NCBI GenBank assembly: GCA_016779505.1
Contig: JADHNM010000001.1
Span: 1 to 61,604 of the forward strand
DNA from: SAR86 cluster bacterium
GTDB taxonomy: Bacteria > Pseudomonadota > Gammaproteobacteria > Magnimaribacterales > D2472
DNA: 61,604 bases
Direction: 5' to 3'
Part shown: piece after piece, positions 41,409 to 51,205 of the stretch
Position numbering within the stretch: position 1 is the stretch's first letter
Layout of the letters: every line of letters begins with the position of its first letter
Translations under genes and position numbers: made by a program
The notes under the pieces: model-generated
Database searches by the model: none
Seen by the model: only the letters and a program-made list of their open reading frames with translations
Told to the model about the DNA's origin: nothing

Positions 41409-41423
41409 TTTTTTAAAAAAATT

Positions 41424-41757
41424 AGATGAGTTGATCTATAAGCCGGATTCTGTATTAAATGACCATCTATCTAGGCAGTATGTCACCATATTGCTCAAGC
41501 AACCTACCCGAATCCTAAGCGAGTAACCTAAACGGATTCCTATTTGGTTTTGCTTCAAAGTGGGGTTTACACTGCCGTATCTGTTACCAAATACGCGGTA
41601 GGCTCTTACCCTACCATTTCACCCTTACCAATTTCTTGGCGGTATAATTTCTGTTGCACTTGCCGTGGGCTCACGCCCCCCAGGAATTACCTGGCACTCT
41701 ACTCTATGAAGTCCGGACTTTCCTCTAGCAAATTGCCAGCGGTCATCCGATCAACTC
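41424..41757 (-). ncRNA. rnpB: RNase P RNA (bacterial type A)
   Basis: The reverse complement holds the universal blocks GAGGAAAGTCCGGAC, GTGCCAGGTAA, GTGCAACAGAAA, GGTAAGGGTGAAA, GGTAAGAGC and ACAGAATCCGGCTTATA. The P1 helix pairs GAGTTGATC with GATCAACTC. A TAAAAT hexamer lies 6 nt upstream of the predicted 5' end and a T-run follows the 3' end. The location between rsmI and mraZ matches Pseudomonas. Confidence 0.93.
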
Positions 41758-41782
41758 AAATACATTTTAATCCCTTTTTCTT

Positions 41783-42604
41783 CTATTTAGAAATCCTTAA
41801 AAGGAATTTATAAACTTCTTGCTTTGAGAAAGAAGTAATTTTAGCTATTAGTCTTGATGCCTCTGTTGGTGACAAGAACTCAAGAAATGGTAGGCAAAAA
41901 TTTTCATCTAAATCAAAAACTTCATCAAGAGATGAACCAGAGTAAACAAGAACCACAAACTCTCCCAGCAATGGAATCTCATCACTCTTAATAAGAGCCA
42001 TAATCTCTTTAATGGTTCCTCTATAGATTGATTCGTATTCTTTGGTCATCTCTCGACAAATTGCTACCTGCGTATCTGGGTTTAGGACTTCAGAAAAAAC
42101 TGAAATAGTTTTAACAATCCTCTTAGCAGATTCAAAAAAAATATTAGTTAAATTAGAATTTTTTAGCTTTATGGCAATTTTTCTTTTTGCCTCATGTTGT
42201 TTTGGTAAAAACCCATTAAAAGAAAATTTATCTGAAGGTAAGCCTGATAGAATTACAGCATTTATGAGCGCAGAAGCTCCTGGAAGAACTGTAAAAGAAA
42301 GGCTTTCTTTAATGCAGCGCTGAATCAATGGATATCCTGGATCAGATATCAGTGGCGCCCCGGCATCAGACAATAAGGCTAGAGTCTTCCCGCTTTTAAG
42401 CAATTCTATAATTTCTTCGCTGGCCTCATTCTCATTATGCTCATGAAATGATTGAGTTTTTTTTTGAATATCAAAATGTTGCAAAAGTTTTGCTGCAACT
42501 CTGGTATCTTCTGCAAAAATACTATCTACTTCCTTTAAAGTATTAATTGACCTCAATGAGAAATCATTTAAATTACCAATTGGGGTACAGATTATATAAA
42601 GCAT
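41783..42604 (-). CDS. rsmI: 16S rRNA (cytidine1402-2'-O)-methyltransferase
   Basis: MLYIICTPIGNLNDFSLRSINTLKEVDSIFAEDTR and SDAGAPLISDPG (tetrapyrrole-methylase fold). Confidence 0.93.
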   Translation of the reverse strand: MLYIICTPIGNLNDFSLRSINTLKEVDSIFAEDTRVAAKLLQHFDIQKKTQSFHEHNENEASEEIIELLKSGKTLALLSDAGAPLISDPGYPLIQRCIKESLSFTVLPGASALINAVILSGLPSDKFSFNGFLPKQHEAKRKIAIKLKNSNLTNIFFESAKRIVKTISVFSEVLNPDTQVAICREMTKEYESIYRGTIKEIMALIKSDEIPLLGEFVVLVYSGSSLDEVFDLDENFCLPFLEFLSPTEASRLIAKITSFSKQEVYKFLLRISK

Positions 42605-42616
42605 GAATTTAACTTA

Positions 42617-43720
42617 ATGATTTTAAAAAAAAATAGATATTTATTACATCTTTTAACATTAATTATCTTAGCATCTTGCTCAACAACATCTAAGAATTTA
42701 ATATTAAATTCAAATGAATTCCTTGAAGCAGATAGTCTCAAAAGTTTTGAAGATATTTATGACTATCAAAGTTATTTTGTTAATGACTTGGAAAAAATAC
42801 AGAAGGCTATTGATGGTCAAAAGTTAAATCAAGAGCAGTTAAAAAATGCAAAAATATTAAAAAGAAATTATCAAAAAATTTTATCCAAGAAAGAATATAC
42901 TCTTACTCTTAAGCCTAACCAGGAATACTCTAAAGAATTAATAGAATTAGTTTATAAGCTCAATCTTCCTATAAATATTTTTTGGGCTGACAGTAAACAA
43001 GTTTCACTACCAGAAAATTTGCTGTCACAACAAATTAATGGATTTTGTTCAAGCCTTTATGAAGATGCTATTTCATCACTAAATGCAGAAATAAGTAAAA
43101 ATAACGATTCATTTCTAATTATTTATTCACAAGAATATGAATCTTTGATTCAAGACTTGGCACCAGATAATACAAATTTTATGAAAGTAAAATATGACTC
43201 CAGTGATTATCAAGAATTTTCTGCTGAGATTTTAGGGATTAATTTAAGCGAAAAAAGATTCAAAAAAATTTCCAGCCTAAACCCAAATCAAAATCTAAAT
43301 TTTGCTCCTCGATCTAGATCTGATTTCATGCAAATCGTCATTCTGTTGAATCCTCAAGAATACAAATCCATGATTCCAGCTCTTAGATATCATGGAGGAA
43401 ATAAATTTAAATATTTAAATTTTATTTCTTCTTTGGAGGAAATAAATTCACCGCTGCAATTACTAGACTATGAAGATTCTTGGGCACTCATATCTGCTTA
43501 CACAATATCAAAAATCAAACAAGATGAGTCAGGATCACTTGAGAGGTATTTAGAGCTAGGAACTTTAAATGAGTGGTTATTGTTGCAAGTGCTGAAACAA
43601 GCCGGTGTGGAATCTGCAAGAATAAATAGCATCACTGGCAAGATTATTTATAAATCCAATGCATGCACCAAAAGAGAGATACCTGTAAATAAAATTACTA
43701 CAGACTTATTTTTGTCTTAG
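42617..43720 (+). CDS. lpoA: LpoA-like lipoprotein (putative PBP1A activator), half-length
   Basis: Lipobox ILASC. Divergent from rsmI, as yraL/yraM are in E. coli. The C-terminal part (QIVILLNPQEYKSMIPALRYHGG) resembles the LpoA periplasmic-binding-like domain. 367 aa against about 680 in E. coli. Confidence 0.55.
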   Translation: MILKKNRYLLHLLTLIILASCSTTSKNLILNSNEFLEADSLKSFEDIYDYQSYFVNDLEKIQKAIDGQKLNQEQLKNAKILKRNYQKILSKKEYTLTLKPNQEYSKELIELVYKLNLPINIFWADSKQVSLPENLLSQQINGFCSSLYEDAISSLNAEISKNNDSFLIIYSQEYESLIQDLAPDNTNFMKVKYDSSDYQEFSAEILGINLSEKRFKKISSLNPNQNLNFAPRSRSDFMQIVILLNPQEYKSMIPALRYHGGNKFKYLNFISSLEEINSPLQLLDYEDSWALISAYTISKIKQDESGSLERYLELGTLNEWLLLQVLKQAGVESARINSITGKIIYKSNACTKREIPVNKITTDLFLS

Positions 43721-44325
43721 TTCCTAAGATCTTTTTCTATCAAAGAAAGGCTGTCCTGGAAACTATGTCTAGCAAATATTTTTCCTTGATAATCCAACAA
43801 AGGTTTTAGATGTCTATTTAAAGGAAGGTTTATACCAAGAGAAGGAAGTCTCCATAAAATCGGAGCAAGATAGCAATCAATTAATGAAAAATCGTCGCTC
43901 ATAAAAAAATTAAATTCTTTGAATGTAGGAGCAACAGTGCTTATTTCATTGAGCAGTTCTTCTCTAACAATTAAAAGCTCCTTCTCAGATAACTCCTTAG
44001 CAATCAAAGTATCCACTAATGGGCACCATTCTTTATCTATTCTTAGCATAAGCGTTCTACTGTTCGCTCTTGAGACTGGGTACACTGGAAGAAGGGGAGG
44101 ATGAGGGAAACGCTCATCAAGATACTCAAGCATAACCCCTGCATCATATAAACCAAGATCTCTATCGGCTAAAATAGGCAAGGTATGATATGGATTAAGT
44201 GCTAGTACTTCCTCTGGAGCTTCTTCATTGGAAGTTTCTCTTATTTCACAGGCAATATCTTTTTCGGCAAGAACAATTCTTACTCTGTGGCTGTAGTGGT
44301 CATCTTTGTCAGAATATAAAATCAT
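43717..44325 (-). CDS. sspA: Stringent starvation protein A (GST-like)
   Basis: LYSDKDDHYSHRVRIVLAEKDI, PYHTLPIL and the GST C-terminal domain. Lies downstream of petABC as in Pseudomonas. Confidence 0.9.
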   Translation of the reverse strand: MILYSDKDDHYSHRVRIVLAEKDIACEIRETSNEEAPEEVLALNPYHTLPILADRDLGLYDAGVMLEYLDERFPHPPLLPVYPVSRANSRTLMLRIDKEWCPLVDTLIAKELSEKELLIVREELLNEISTVAPTFKEFNFFMSDDFSLIDCYLAPILWRLPSLGINLPLNRHLKPLLDYQGKIFARHSFQDSLSLIEKDLRN

Positions 44326-44351
44326 GCTTCCTCTTTGTTTTTGGTTAAATT

Positions 44352-45149
44352 CTAATGGTAATCTTTTTGGTATTCTCTAAACAGAAGGTAAGCAAGCGCT
44401 GTAAATACTATAAAAAATAATACTGCATACCAACCCATTCTTTCTCTATCTGATCTGCTTGGCTCGCCAACATATGTCATAAAATTTACAAGATTAAATA
44501 TAACCTCATCAAACTCTTGAACAGATAAATCGCCCGAACCTTCAATGGTTTTAAGATATCCACACTTTTCTTCAGTAATATCATTGCCCATCTCATCCCT
44601 TCTCACACCGCCATTGCTAGCAATGATTGGGACGTCCTTACAAGTTAAGATTTGTTGGCCTTGCATAGAAGCTAGAACGTTCGGCATAGCTGCGCCAGGA
44701 TACACCATATTATTAACTCCATATGGTTTTGATGAATCCTCATAAAAAGTTCTTAAATATGTATAAACCCAATCCGATCCATGCAATCTTGTGACAAGCG
44801 TTAGATCTGGAGGGGCTATGCCAAACCAAGTTTCAGAAACTTCTGGCTTCATTGAACCGGTCATCCTATCTCCAAGCTTTACCTTTGCACCAAAAACTAA
44901 ATTATCGGTGAAGATATCTTCTGGAATATCTAAGTCTTGAGCTATTCTTCCCCATCTGGAATATTTCAATGAATGGCATCCATAACAATGATTAATGAAA
45001 GTCAGAGCGCCTAATTGGAGTGATTCCAAATTATTAAGCTCAGGATTGAAAGAATCGCATTCACCATAGTCACCGCACGCTGCGCCGCCAGCTGCTAGGG
45101 CTTCTTGTGAGCCGATACACAATAAGGCTAGTAATAAGAATTTTTTCAT
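44352..45149 (-). CDS. petC: Cytochrome c1 of the bc1 complex
   Basis: Signal peptide, heme motif CYGCHS, PPDLT and a C-terminal TM anchor. Confidence 0.93.
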   Translation of the reverse strand: MKKFLLLALLCIGSQEALAAGGAACGDYGECDSFNPELNNLESLQLGALTFINHCYGCHSLKYSRWGRIAQDLDIPEDIFTDNLVFGAKVKLGDRMTGSMKPEVSETWFGIAPPDLTLVTRLHGSDWVYTYLRTFYEDSSKPYGVNNMVYPGAAMPNVLASMQGQQILTCKDVPIIASNGGVRRDEMGNDITEEKCGYLKTIEGSGDLSVQEFDEVIFNLVNFMTYVGEPSRSDRERMGWYAVLFFIVFTALAYLLFREYQKDYH

Positions 45150-46363
45150 AACCTTTCAGGGACCGGCTTAGTTTTTTCAATTGAGGTGTATATGGGCATT
45201 AACAAGAAAAATGCAAAATAAATCACTGTCCCGATAATACTAAGCGTTGTTCTTAATGCTGTAACAGGAACTGTGCCTAACCATGCCAACATTAACCAAC
45301 TTATAATAAATATAGTCATAGCAATCTTGCTAAGAATTCCCTTGTATCTAATTGAGGCAGCTTTACTTCTATCAAGCCATGGAACTACAAATAGTATGGC
45401 TATAGCTGCGCCCATCACTACAAGGCCACCAAGTTTATCAGGCACTGCTCTTAGCATTGCATAATAAGGTGAGTAGTACCAAACTGGAGCAATATGTTCA
45501 GGAGTGCTTAGTGGATTTGCTTCTTCAAAGTTAGCCAACTCCAACATATATCCACCGCCTTCAGGGAAAAAGAACATGATGATTGAAAAAACAATTCCGA
45601 ATATTCCAATTGCAACTAATGCGTTCAAGACTTTGTATGGAAAAAATGGAACACTGTCCAATGGCACCCCATCCTCATCTAAATGTTTTTCAATATCAAC
45701 ACCCTCTGGATTACCTGCTCCAACTTCATGCAAGGCAACCAAATGCATAAATACCAATGCAATTAAAATTAAGGGTAAAGCTACTACATGTAATGCAAAG
45801 AATCTTGAAATAGTCGCCCCAGAAATATAGTAATCGCCTCTAACCCAAATCTCCAATGACTCGCCAATATATGGAATGGCTCCAAAAAGAGAGATGATCA
45901 CTTGAGCTCCCCAATAAGACATCTGACCATACGGCAACACATATCCTAAAAAACCCTCAGCCATCATCACAAGGTAAATAGTCATACCAAAAACCCAAAC
46001 TAACTCTCTTGGTTTGTGATAGGAGCCATATAGCAATCCGCGAAACATATGAAGATAAACAACAGCAAAGAACATTGAAGCACCAGTAGTATGCATATAT
46101 CGAATAACCCATCCATATTCAATATCTCGCATGATATATTCGATAGAAGCAAAAGCGCCTTCTTCTGTATTCTCATATCCAAACATCAACCAAATACCTG
46201 AAACAATTTGGATAATCAAAACTACAGATGCCAAAGCACCAAACATGTACCAGAAATTTACTTTCTTAGGGACTGGATGTTTTGAGAGGTGACGTTCAAA
46301 TGTATTTACAATTGGTAAACGACTGTTTATCCAATTGAAAAATCCTGATGATTGTTGAGTCAT
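45146..46363 (-). CDS. petB: Cytochrome b of the bc1 complex
   Basis: The RYMHTTGASMFF and HEVGAGNP regions, PEHIAPVWY and 8 or more TM helices. Confidence 0.96.
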   Translation of the reverse strand: MTQQSSGFFNWINSRLPIVNTFERHLSKHPVPKKVNFWYMFGALASVVLIIQIVSGIWLMFGYENTEEGAFASIEYIMRDIEYGWVIRYMHTTGASMFFAVVYLHMFRGLLYGSYHKPRELVWVFGMTIYLVMMAEGFLGYVLPYGQMSYWGAQVIISLFGAIPYIGESLEIWVRGDYYISGATISRFFALHVVALPLILIALVFMHLVALHEVGAGNPEGVDIEKHLDEDGVPLDSVPFFPYKVLNALVAIGIFGIVFSIIMFFFPEGGGYMLELANFEEANPLSTPEHIAPVWYYSPYYAMLRAVPDKLGGLVVMGAAIAILFVVPWLDRSKAASIRYKGILSKIAMTIFIISWLMLAWLGTVPVTALRTTLSIIGTVIYFAFFLLMPIYTSIEKTKPVPERL

Positions 46364-46947
46364 TATGCTGAGCCTCTTTCTTCCCCTATTGTTAAAATAC
46401 TTCCGTCAAAATAGTGTGGCGGAACCTTTAAATTAGTTGGGGCTGGAACTCCTTTGAATACTCTCCCAACAATATCAAACATTGATCCATGACAAGGGCA
46501 AAAAAAACCACCAACCCATGATTCATCCCAGGGCTGAGACTCCATTTCAGGATAATATTTTGGAGCGCACCCCAGATGAGTACATACTCCTGCTATTACC
46601 GTGTATTCTGTTGATAACGATCTTGTTGGATTTAAATCTCGGTATGGTTCGTCAATCTTAAGGGAGCTTGGATCATCCAATTTAGATTCAACTTCAGGAA
46701 GATTCTCTAATGCTTCTTTGCTATGGCGAATAACAAAAACTGGTTGTTTTCTCCAAGAAACTTGAATTTTTTGTCCCACCTGCATTTTTGATACATCAAC
46801 TTTAACAGGTCCGCCTACAGCTTTTGCTTTTGCACTTGGATTCCAAGAAGCAACAAATGGAATAACAGCAAATGATGCGCCAACAGCACCAACTGCAGAA
46901 GTCATACCTATGAGTACTTTTCTTCGGGTGGTAATTTTTTCTTCCAT
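46363..46947 (-). CDS. petA: Ubiquinol-cytochrome c reductase Rieske iron-sulfur subunit
   Basis: Rieske boxes CTHLGC and CPCHGS, with a Tat-like N-terminus (TRRKVL). Confidence 0.96.
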   Translation of the reverse strand: MEEKITTRRKVLIGMTSAVGAVGASFAVIPFVASWNPSAKAKAVGGPVKVDVSKMQVGQKIQVSWRKQPVFVIRHSKEALENLPEVESKLDDPSSLKIDEPYRDLNPTRSLSTEYTVIAGVCTHLGCAPKYYPEMESQPWDESWVGGFFCPCHGSMFDIVGRVFKGVPAPTNLKVPPHYFDGSILTIGEERGSA

Positions 46948-46958
46948 AAAAGTAGAAA

Positions 46959-47351
46959 TTAACGTTTGGAGAATTGAGAGCTTTTTCTTGCTTTCTTTAA
47001 TCCTGGTTTCTTTCTTTCTACTTTTCTGTCATCTCTGGTAAGAAATCCAGCAGATTTTAATTGTGGTCTTAATGTCTCATCAAACTCAAGCAAGGCTCTA
47101 GAAATACCATGTCTAATAGCTCCAGCTTGACCAAAACTTCCGCCGCCCTTAACCATAGCTTTGATATCTACCTGCTCATCAAGTTCTGTTAATTTTAGAG
47201 GCTGCATTACTAACATTTGTGCTACCTGTCTACCAAAGTAATGTGACAATTCTTTATTGTTGACTAATATTTTTCCCTTGCCTTTTGATAGATAAACTCT
47301 AGCTGATGAAGTTTTCCTTCTTCCGGTTGCGTAATGGATTGCTGCGCTCAT
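46959..47351 (-). CDS. rpsI: 30S ribosomal protein S9
   Basis: [13 protein letters not shown] and the C-terminal [12 protein letters not shown]. The start is set at MSAAIHY, which overlaps the rplM stop as ATGA. The longest ORF extends to 47366. Confidence 0.95.
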   Translation of the reverse strand: MSAAIHYATGRRKTSSARVYLSKGKGKILVNNKELSHYFGRQVAQMLVMQPLKLTELDEQVDIKAMVKGGGSFGQAGAIRHGISRALLEFDETLRPQLKSAGFLTRDDRKVERKKPGLKKARKSSQFSKR

Positions 47352-47782
47352 AGTTTTGGTTCCCAAATTTGAGGTTCTTGTGATTCATGAGGATGATTTT
47401 CACCCTTGTATACTTTAAGTTTTTTGAACATTTGTTTTCCAAGTTTATTTTTTGGAAGCATGCCTTTAACAGCTTCTTCTAAAATATATTCAGGCTTATC
47501 TTCAATAATATCTTTAAACACTTTAGTCTTTAATCCGCCAGGATAAAGTGAGTGAGTATAATATTTTTTATCGTCAAACTTCTTTCCTGTGACCTGAATT
47601 TTTTCTGCATTAATAACTACAACATAGTCTCCCCCATCAGTGTGGGGCGTGAAAGTAGGTTTGTCTTTGCCTCTGATACGATCAGCTATTTTTGTGGCCA
47701 GACGACCTAGAATTTTGTCTGAAGCATCCACAACATACCAATCATGTTGAGCGTCTTCTTTTCTGAGTGAAAGAGTTTTCAT
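47348..47782 (-). CDS. rplM: 50S ribosomal protein L13
   Basis: [19 protein letters not shown] and [15 protein letters not shown]. Confidence 0.96.
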   Translation of the reverse strand: MKTLSLRKEDAQHDWYVVDASDKILGRLATKIADRIRGKDKPTFTPHTDGGDYVVVINAEKIQVTGKKFDDKKYYTHSLYPGGLKTKVFKDIIEDKPEYILEEAVKGMLPKNKLGKQMFKKLKVYKGENHPHESQEPQIWEPKL

Positions 47783-47864
47783 TGCCTTTTATGTTTAAAG
47801 AAAAAAATTAGATGCGAATGTTAATGTTTACGCGCTATTTAATCAATATTTTAATTCATTTAGT

Positions 47865-48914
47865 TTAGTTTTTCTCTAAATTTTGAAGATATTTTGTAGT
47901 TGTTATCTGATGAAGTCTGCTTTCAGTCCGAACCCATAAATGAAGCAGTTGATCTCCGGAATATAAGTTATCCATTAAATTTGGATCATAGAAAAACTTT
48001 AATTTTTGTTTTTCTTGATATGCAATATCAATAAAACTAATAAATCTTCTCAATTTATCAATGTGATCATCATTGCATGAGTGAAAGTTATTAATAAAAA
48101 TCCAGTCAAATGTTTTCACAATCTCAATAAAATCTTTACTAACGCATGGTGAAGAAAAAAAATCATCAAAAGAAAGCCATAAAATTTTATCCGAACAACC
48201 TAAACAATTAAATTTTCTATTGCTGACCAAGAATTCAGTCGCATGACTAATTTTTGAATTAAATGTTCTTTGTAAAAAATCCCTAACACTTTTATCACTA
48301 TTTTGATCATTAACAGAACTGTCAAAATGCGCAATTTCTTTTAATCTGTAATCTTCAGTACCTATAAGATGATGAATAAGAAAATTATTATTTATAAAAT
48401 GAATGGTCTTTAAAAATTTTTCTCTCTGCAGGCCATTTTGATATAGGTCGTCTGGATGTGAATTTGACGTAATCATTAATCTAGTGCCTGTATTTGTTAA
48501 TGATTCAATTAAAGTCCCTATGATCATTGCATCTGCAATATCCTCGATCTGAAATTCATCTAAAAAAATTATTTTATAATCATTAGAAAGGCTCTTAACA
48601 ACCATCAATAGTGGGTCGCTATTTCCAGAAAAATCAGATAATTTTTTATGCACAAGCTGCATAAATTCTACAAAATGAAATTTACCTGAATTAGAGAAAT
48701 AACAATCATTAATGGCTTGAATTAACATTGTTTTACCCCTTCCAACTGGACCGTAAAGATACAAATTACCAATTACATTATTTTTAGAAAAAAATGATTT
48801 TGGTTTCAGTATTGAGTCAACATGAAGAAATTCTTCCAAGAATGAAGCTTGGGCATTATCAAGAACTATGCCTTGAGTCGATAAATTCTCTAATACAACT
48901 TTGATATCCTTCAT
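47865..48914 (-). CDS. zapE: ZapE / AFG1-family ATPase
   Basis: Walker A LYLYGPVGRGKTML and Walker B IIFLDEFQIEDI. Next to rplM-rpsI as yhcM is in E. coli. Confidence 0.85.
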   Translation of the reverse strand: MKDIKVVLENLSTQGIVLDNAQASFLEEFLHVDSILKPKSFFSKNNVIGNLYLYGPVGRGKTMLIQAINDCYFSNSGKFHFVEFMQLVHKKLSDFSGNSDPLLMVVKSLSNDYKIIFLDEFQIEDIADAMIIGTLIESLTNTGTRLMITSNSHPDDLYQNGLQREKFLKTIHFINNNFLIHHLIGTEDYRLKEIAHFDSSVNDQNSDKSVRDFLQRTFNSKISHATEFLVSNRKFNCLGCSDKILWLSFDDFFSSPCVSKDFIEIVKTFDWIFINNFHSCNDDHIDKLRRFISFIDIAYQEKQKLKFFYDPNLMDNLYSGDQLLHLWVRTESRLHQITTTKYLQNLEKN

Positions 48915-48934
48915 ATTATTGATTTAATGGGCAT

Positions 48935-49939
48935 ATGAGACTTTTTGATAACAAGCTTTCGAGAATAAATTTTTTAATATTAATTGGTATTTTGACATAT
49001 CTATTTGCAAATATGTCGAATGAAGACGCTTATGTAGAGGCAATTTATAAGGCATCCCCCTCTGTCATCAACATAAGCGCTAAAAGAAATAATGGACCCA
49101 GATTATTTAACGGTACATCTGTAAATGAGGTCATTGGTTCTGGAATCATTATTTCTAATGATGGTTATATTATTACAAACCTTCATGTAATTGAAGGCAC
49201 GAGAATCGTTCAGGTGGAGATGGACAATGGTCAGGTTTATCCAGCATCTTTAATAGGTTTTGATCAACGATCTGATCTTGCCGTAATTAAAATTAATCCA
49301 GAGGCTGCTTTAAAGCCTATCGAGGTATCAAATAGCTCATCAGTTCAAGTGGGCGATCAAGTAATTGCAATTGGAAATGCATTTGGGCTGGGTAAAACTT
49401 TTACCAGTGGAATTATTAGTGCTACTGGAAGAGATTATGGAAATCCATATCTTGAGCTAATTCAGACTGATGCTGCAATTAATCCAGGCAATTCTGGGGG
49501 TGCTTTAATTAATCACAAAGGCAATCTTATTGGCATGAATACAAAAATTTTTTCAAAAACTGGCTCTTATGCTGGGATTGGTTTTGCTCTCCCAGCTAAT
49601 AAAATGATAGAGGTTGCCTCAGAGATCATTCAATATGGCTCTGTGAAGAAATCATGGATTGGAGATTTTAGAGTTAAAATCAAAAGATTTGTATTGAATA
49701 ACAAAGCAACTTACGGCCTAGAAATAGTAGAACTTAATAGTTATGGGCCTCTTTTTAATGATGGCAAAATAAAACCAGGTGCGATTATATTATTAGTTAA
49801 CGATAAACTCCCTTCATGGGAAAATTTAACTTATGCGCTGAATAATTCCTTTCCTGGGGATGAGATTAGCTTTCAAATTTTACAAGATTCTAATATTCAG
49901 AATTTTACAGTTGTTACAGAAGGTGTTCCCGATCAGTAA
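48935..49939 (+). CDS. degS: DegS/AlgW-like S1C serine endoprotease with one PDZ domain
   Basis: N-terminal TM helix. Catalytic triad contexts ITNLHVI, DLAVIKI and GNSGGALIN. Single C-terminal PDZ domain. Next to zapE as in E. coli. Confidence 0.85.
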   Translation: MRLFDNKLSRINFLILIGILTYLFANMSNEDAYVEAIYKASPSVINISAKRNNGPRLFNGTSVNEVIGSGIIISNDGYIITNLHVIEGTRIVQVEMDNGQVYPASLIGFDQRSDLAVIKINPEAALKPIEVSNSSSVQVGDQVIAIGNAFGLGKTFTSGIISATGRDYGNPYLELIQTDAAINPGNSGGALINHKGNLIGMNTKIFSKTGSYAGIGFALPANKMIEVASEIIQYGSVKKSWIGDFRVKIKRFVLNNKATYGLEIVELNSYGPLFNDGKIKPGAIILLVNDKLPSWENLTYALNNSFPGDEISFQILQDSNIQNFTVVTEGVPDQ

Positions 49940-49981
49940 AACTAAATATAGGGCGGAGATACGTATAACAATTCTAGGAAA

Positions 49982-50788
49982 TTAATCGTCTTTCCAAAAC
50001 GGCTGTCGTTTTTCTAAAAAGGAAGAAATGCCCTCCTTTGCATCATCGGCAAGTGAGTTTTCAGTCATTACCTGTGCAGTGTAATCATATGCATCAGATA
50101 GAGTCATCTCATATTGTCGATAAAAAGCTTCCTTGCCAACTCTTATTGTAGCAAGAGACTTAGTTGAAATTTGATTGGCAATCGACATAACAGTTGCATT
50201 CAGATTTTCTTGAGGAACATGATCATTAATTAGTGATATTCTTTTTGCTTCAGCGGCATCGATCATATCTCCTGTAAGTAGCATTTTCATAGCGTCTTTT
50301 TTGCTTACATTTCTTGAAAGTGCAACCATAGGGGTCGAGCAAAATAAACCTATGTTTACTCCTGGTGTTGCAAATTTTGATGAATCCGATGCTATAGCCA
50401 AGTCACAACTAGCCACTAATTGGCAGCCAGCAGCAGTTGCAATTCCATTAATCTCAGCTATGACTGGTTTTGAACAATTTATTATCATTTGCATTAATGA
50501 GGAGCATAAATTAAAAAGATCTAAAAAATATGCTCTACCCTCGTCTTCATTTTTTCTAGCTTTAGTTATATCTTTTAAGTTATGTCCTGAACAAAAAACA
50601 TCACCAACCGCAGAAATGATAACAACTTTCACTGAATCGTCAGATGATGCCTTGAGCAAGAACTTTTTTAACCGAATCATCATATTTTCTGAGAGAGCAT
50701 TTTTGTTATCAGGGTCATCCAATACCAAACGAAGAATGCTTGCTTGAGTTTGATCAATCTTTAAAATATCTTTTGTATTTTCGTTCAT
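49982..50788 (-). CDS. Enoyl-CoA hydratase/isomerase family protein (ECHDC3-like)
   Basis: Crotonase fold: NALSENM, FCSGHNLKD, INGIATAAGCQLV and the C-terminal EGISSFLEKR. Confidence 0.85.
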   Translation of the reverse strand: MNENTKDILKIDQTQASILRLVLDDPDNKNALSENMMIRLKKFLLKASSDDSVKVVIISAVGDVFCSGHNLKDITKARKNEDEGRAYFLDLFNLCSSLMQMIINCSKPVIAEINGIATAAGCQLVASCDLAIASDSSKFATPGVNIGLFCSTPMVALSRNVSKKDAMKMLLTGDMIDAAEAKRISLINDHVPQENLNATVMSIANQISTKSLATIRVGKEAFYRQYEMTLSDAYDYTAQVMTENSLADDAKEGISSFLEKRQPFWKDD

Positions 50789-50791
50789 AAT

Positions 50792-51199
50792 TTATGTGAT
50801 TCCTTTTTCAAGAATTTTTTTTGGGCATTTGTTCATAACAACCTTTAAACCTGCGTTTGTAACAAGAGACTCTATCTCTTCACTATAAAGGCCTTCTTGC
50901 ATCCAAAAAATTTTAGCTTTAATTTTTATTGCCTCATTTGCAATACTGGGGATATATTCAATGGCTCGAAAAACATCAACCATATCAATTTTTCTCTTAA
51001 TCGCTTCAAGATTTACATAGCATTTTTGACCGAGAATTTTGGTATTACCTAAATTTGGATTAACTGGAAATATGTCAAAACCATAATCTCGAAGAAATTT
51101 CATGACTTTGTAGCTATCTCTTTTTGGGTCAGGGCTAGCTCCAACTATTGCAATTGATTTAACCTCATCGAATATTGATCTTAAATTATGATAATTCAA
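50792..51199 (-). CDS. CoA-binding domain protein (YccU-like)
   Basis: SIAIVGASPDPKRDSYKVMKFLRDYGFDIFPVNP Rossmann-like CoA-binding motif. 135 aa. Confidence 0.8.
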   Translation of the reverse strand: MNYHNLRSIFDEVKSIAIVGASPDPKRDSYKVMKFLRDYGFDIFPVNPNLGNTKILGQKCYVNLEAIKRKIDMVDVFRAIEYIPSIANEAIKIKAKIFWMQEGLYSEEIESLVTNAGLKVVMNKCPKKILEKGIT

Positions 51200-51205
51200 A
51201 TTATT

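Noticed and set aside
41544-41813. 89-aa plus-strand ORF
   Set aside because: It is the antisense strand of RNase P RNA. All universal rnpB sequence blocks are present on the minus strand, so the ORF is a by-product of a structured-RNA gene.
47783-47864. TTGATT-N17-TAACAT promoter-like match upstream of rplM. A similar CTGACT-N17-TAAAAT match lies upstream of fdxA at about 12640-12670
   Set aside because: Both are plausible by position, but the hexamers are weak and such matches are frequent in AT-rich spacers. Neither is strong enough to list as a feature.
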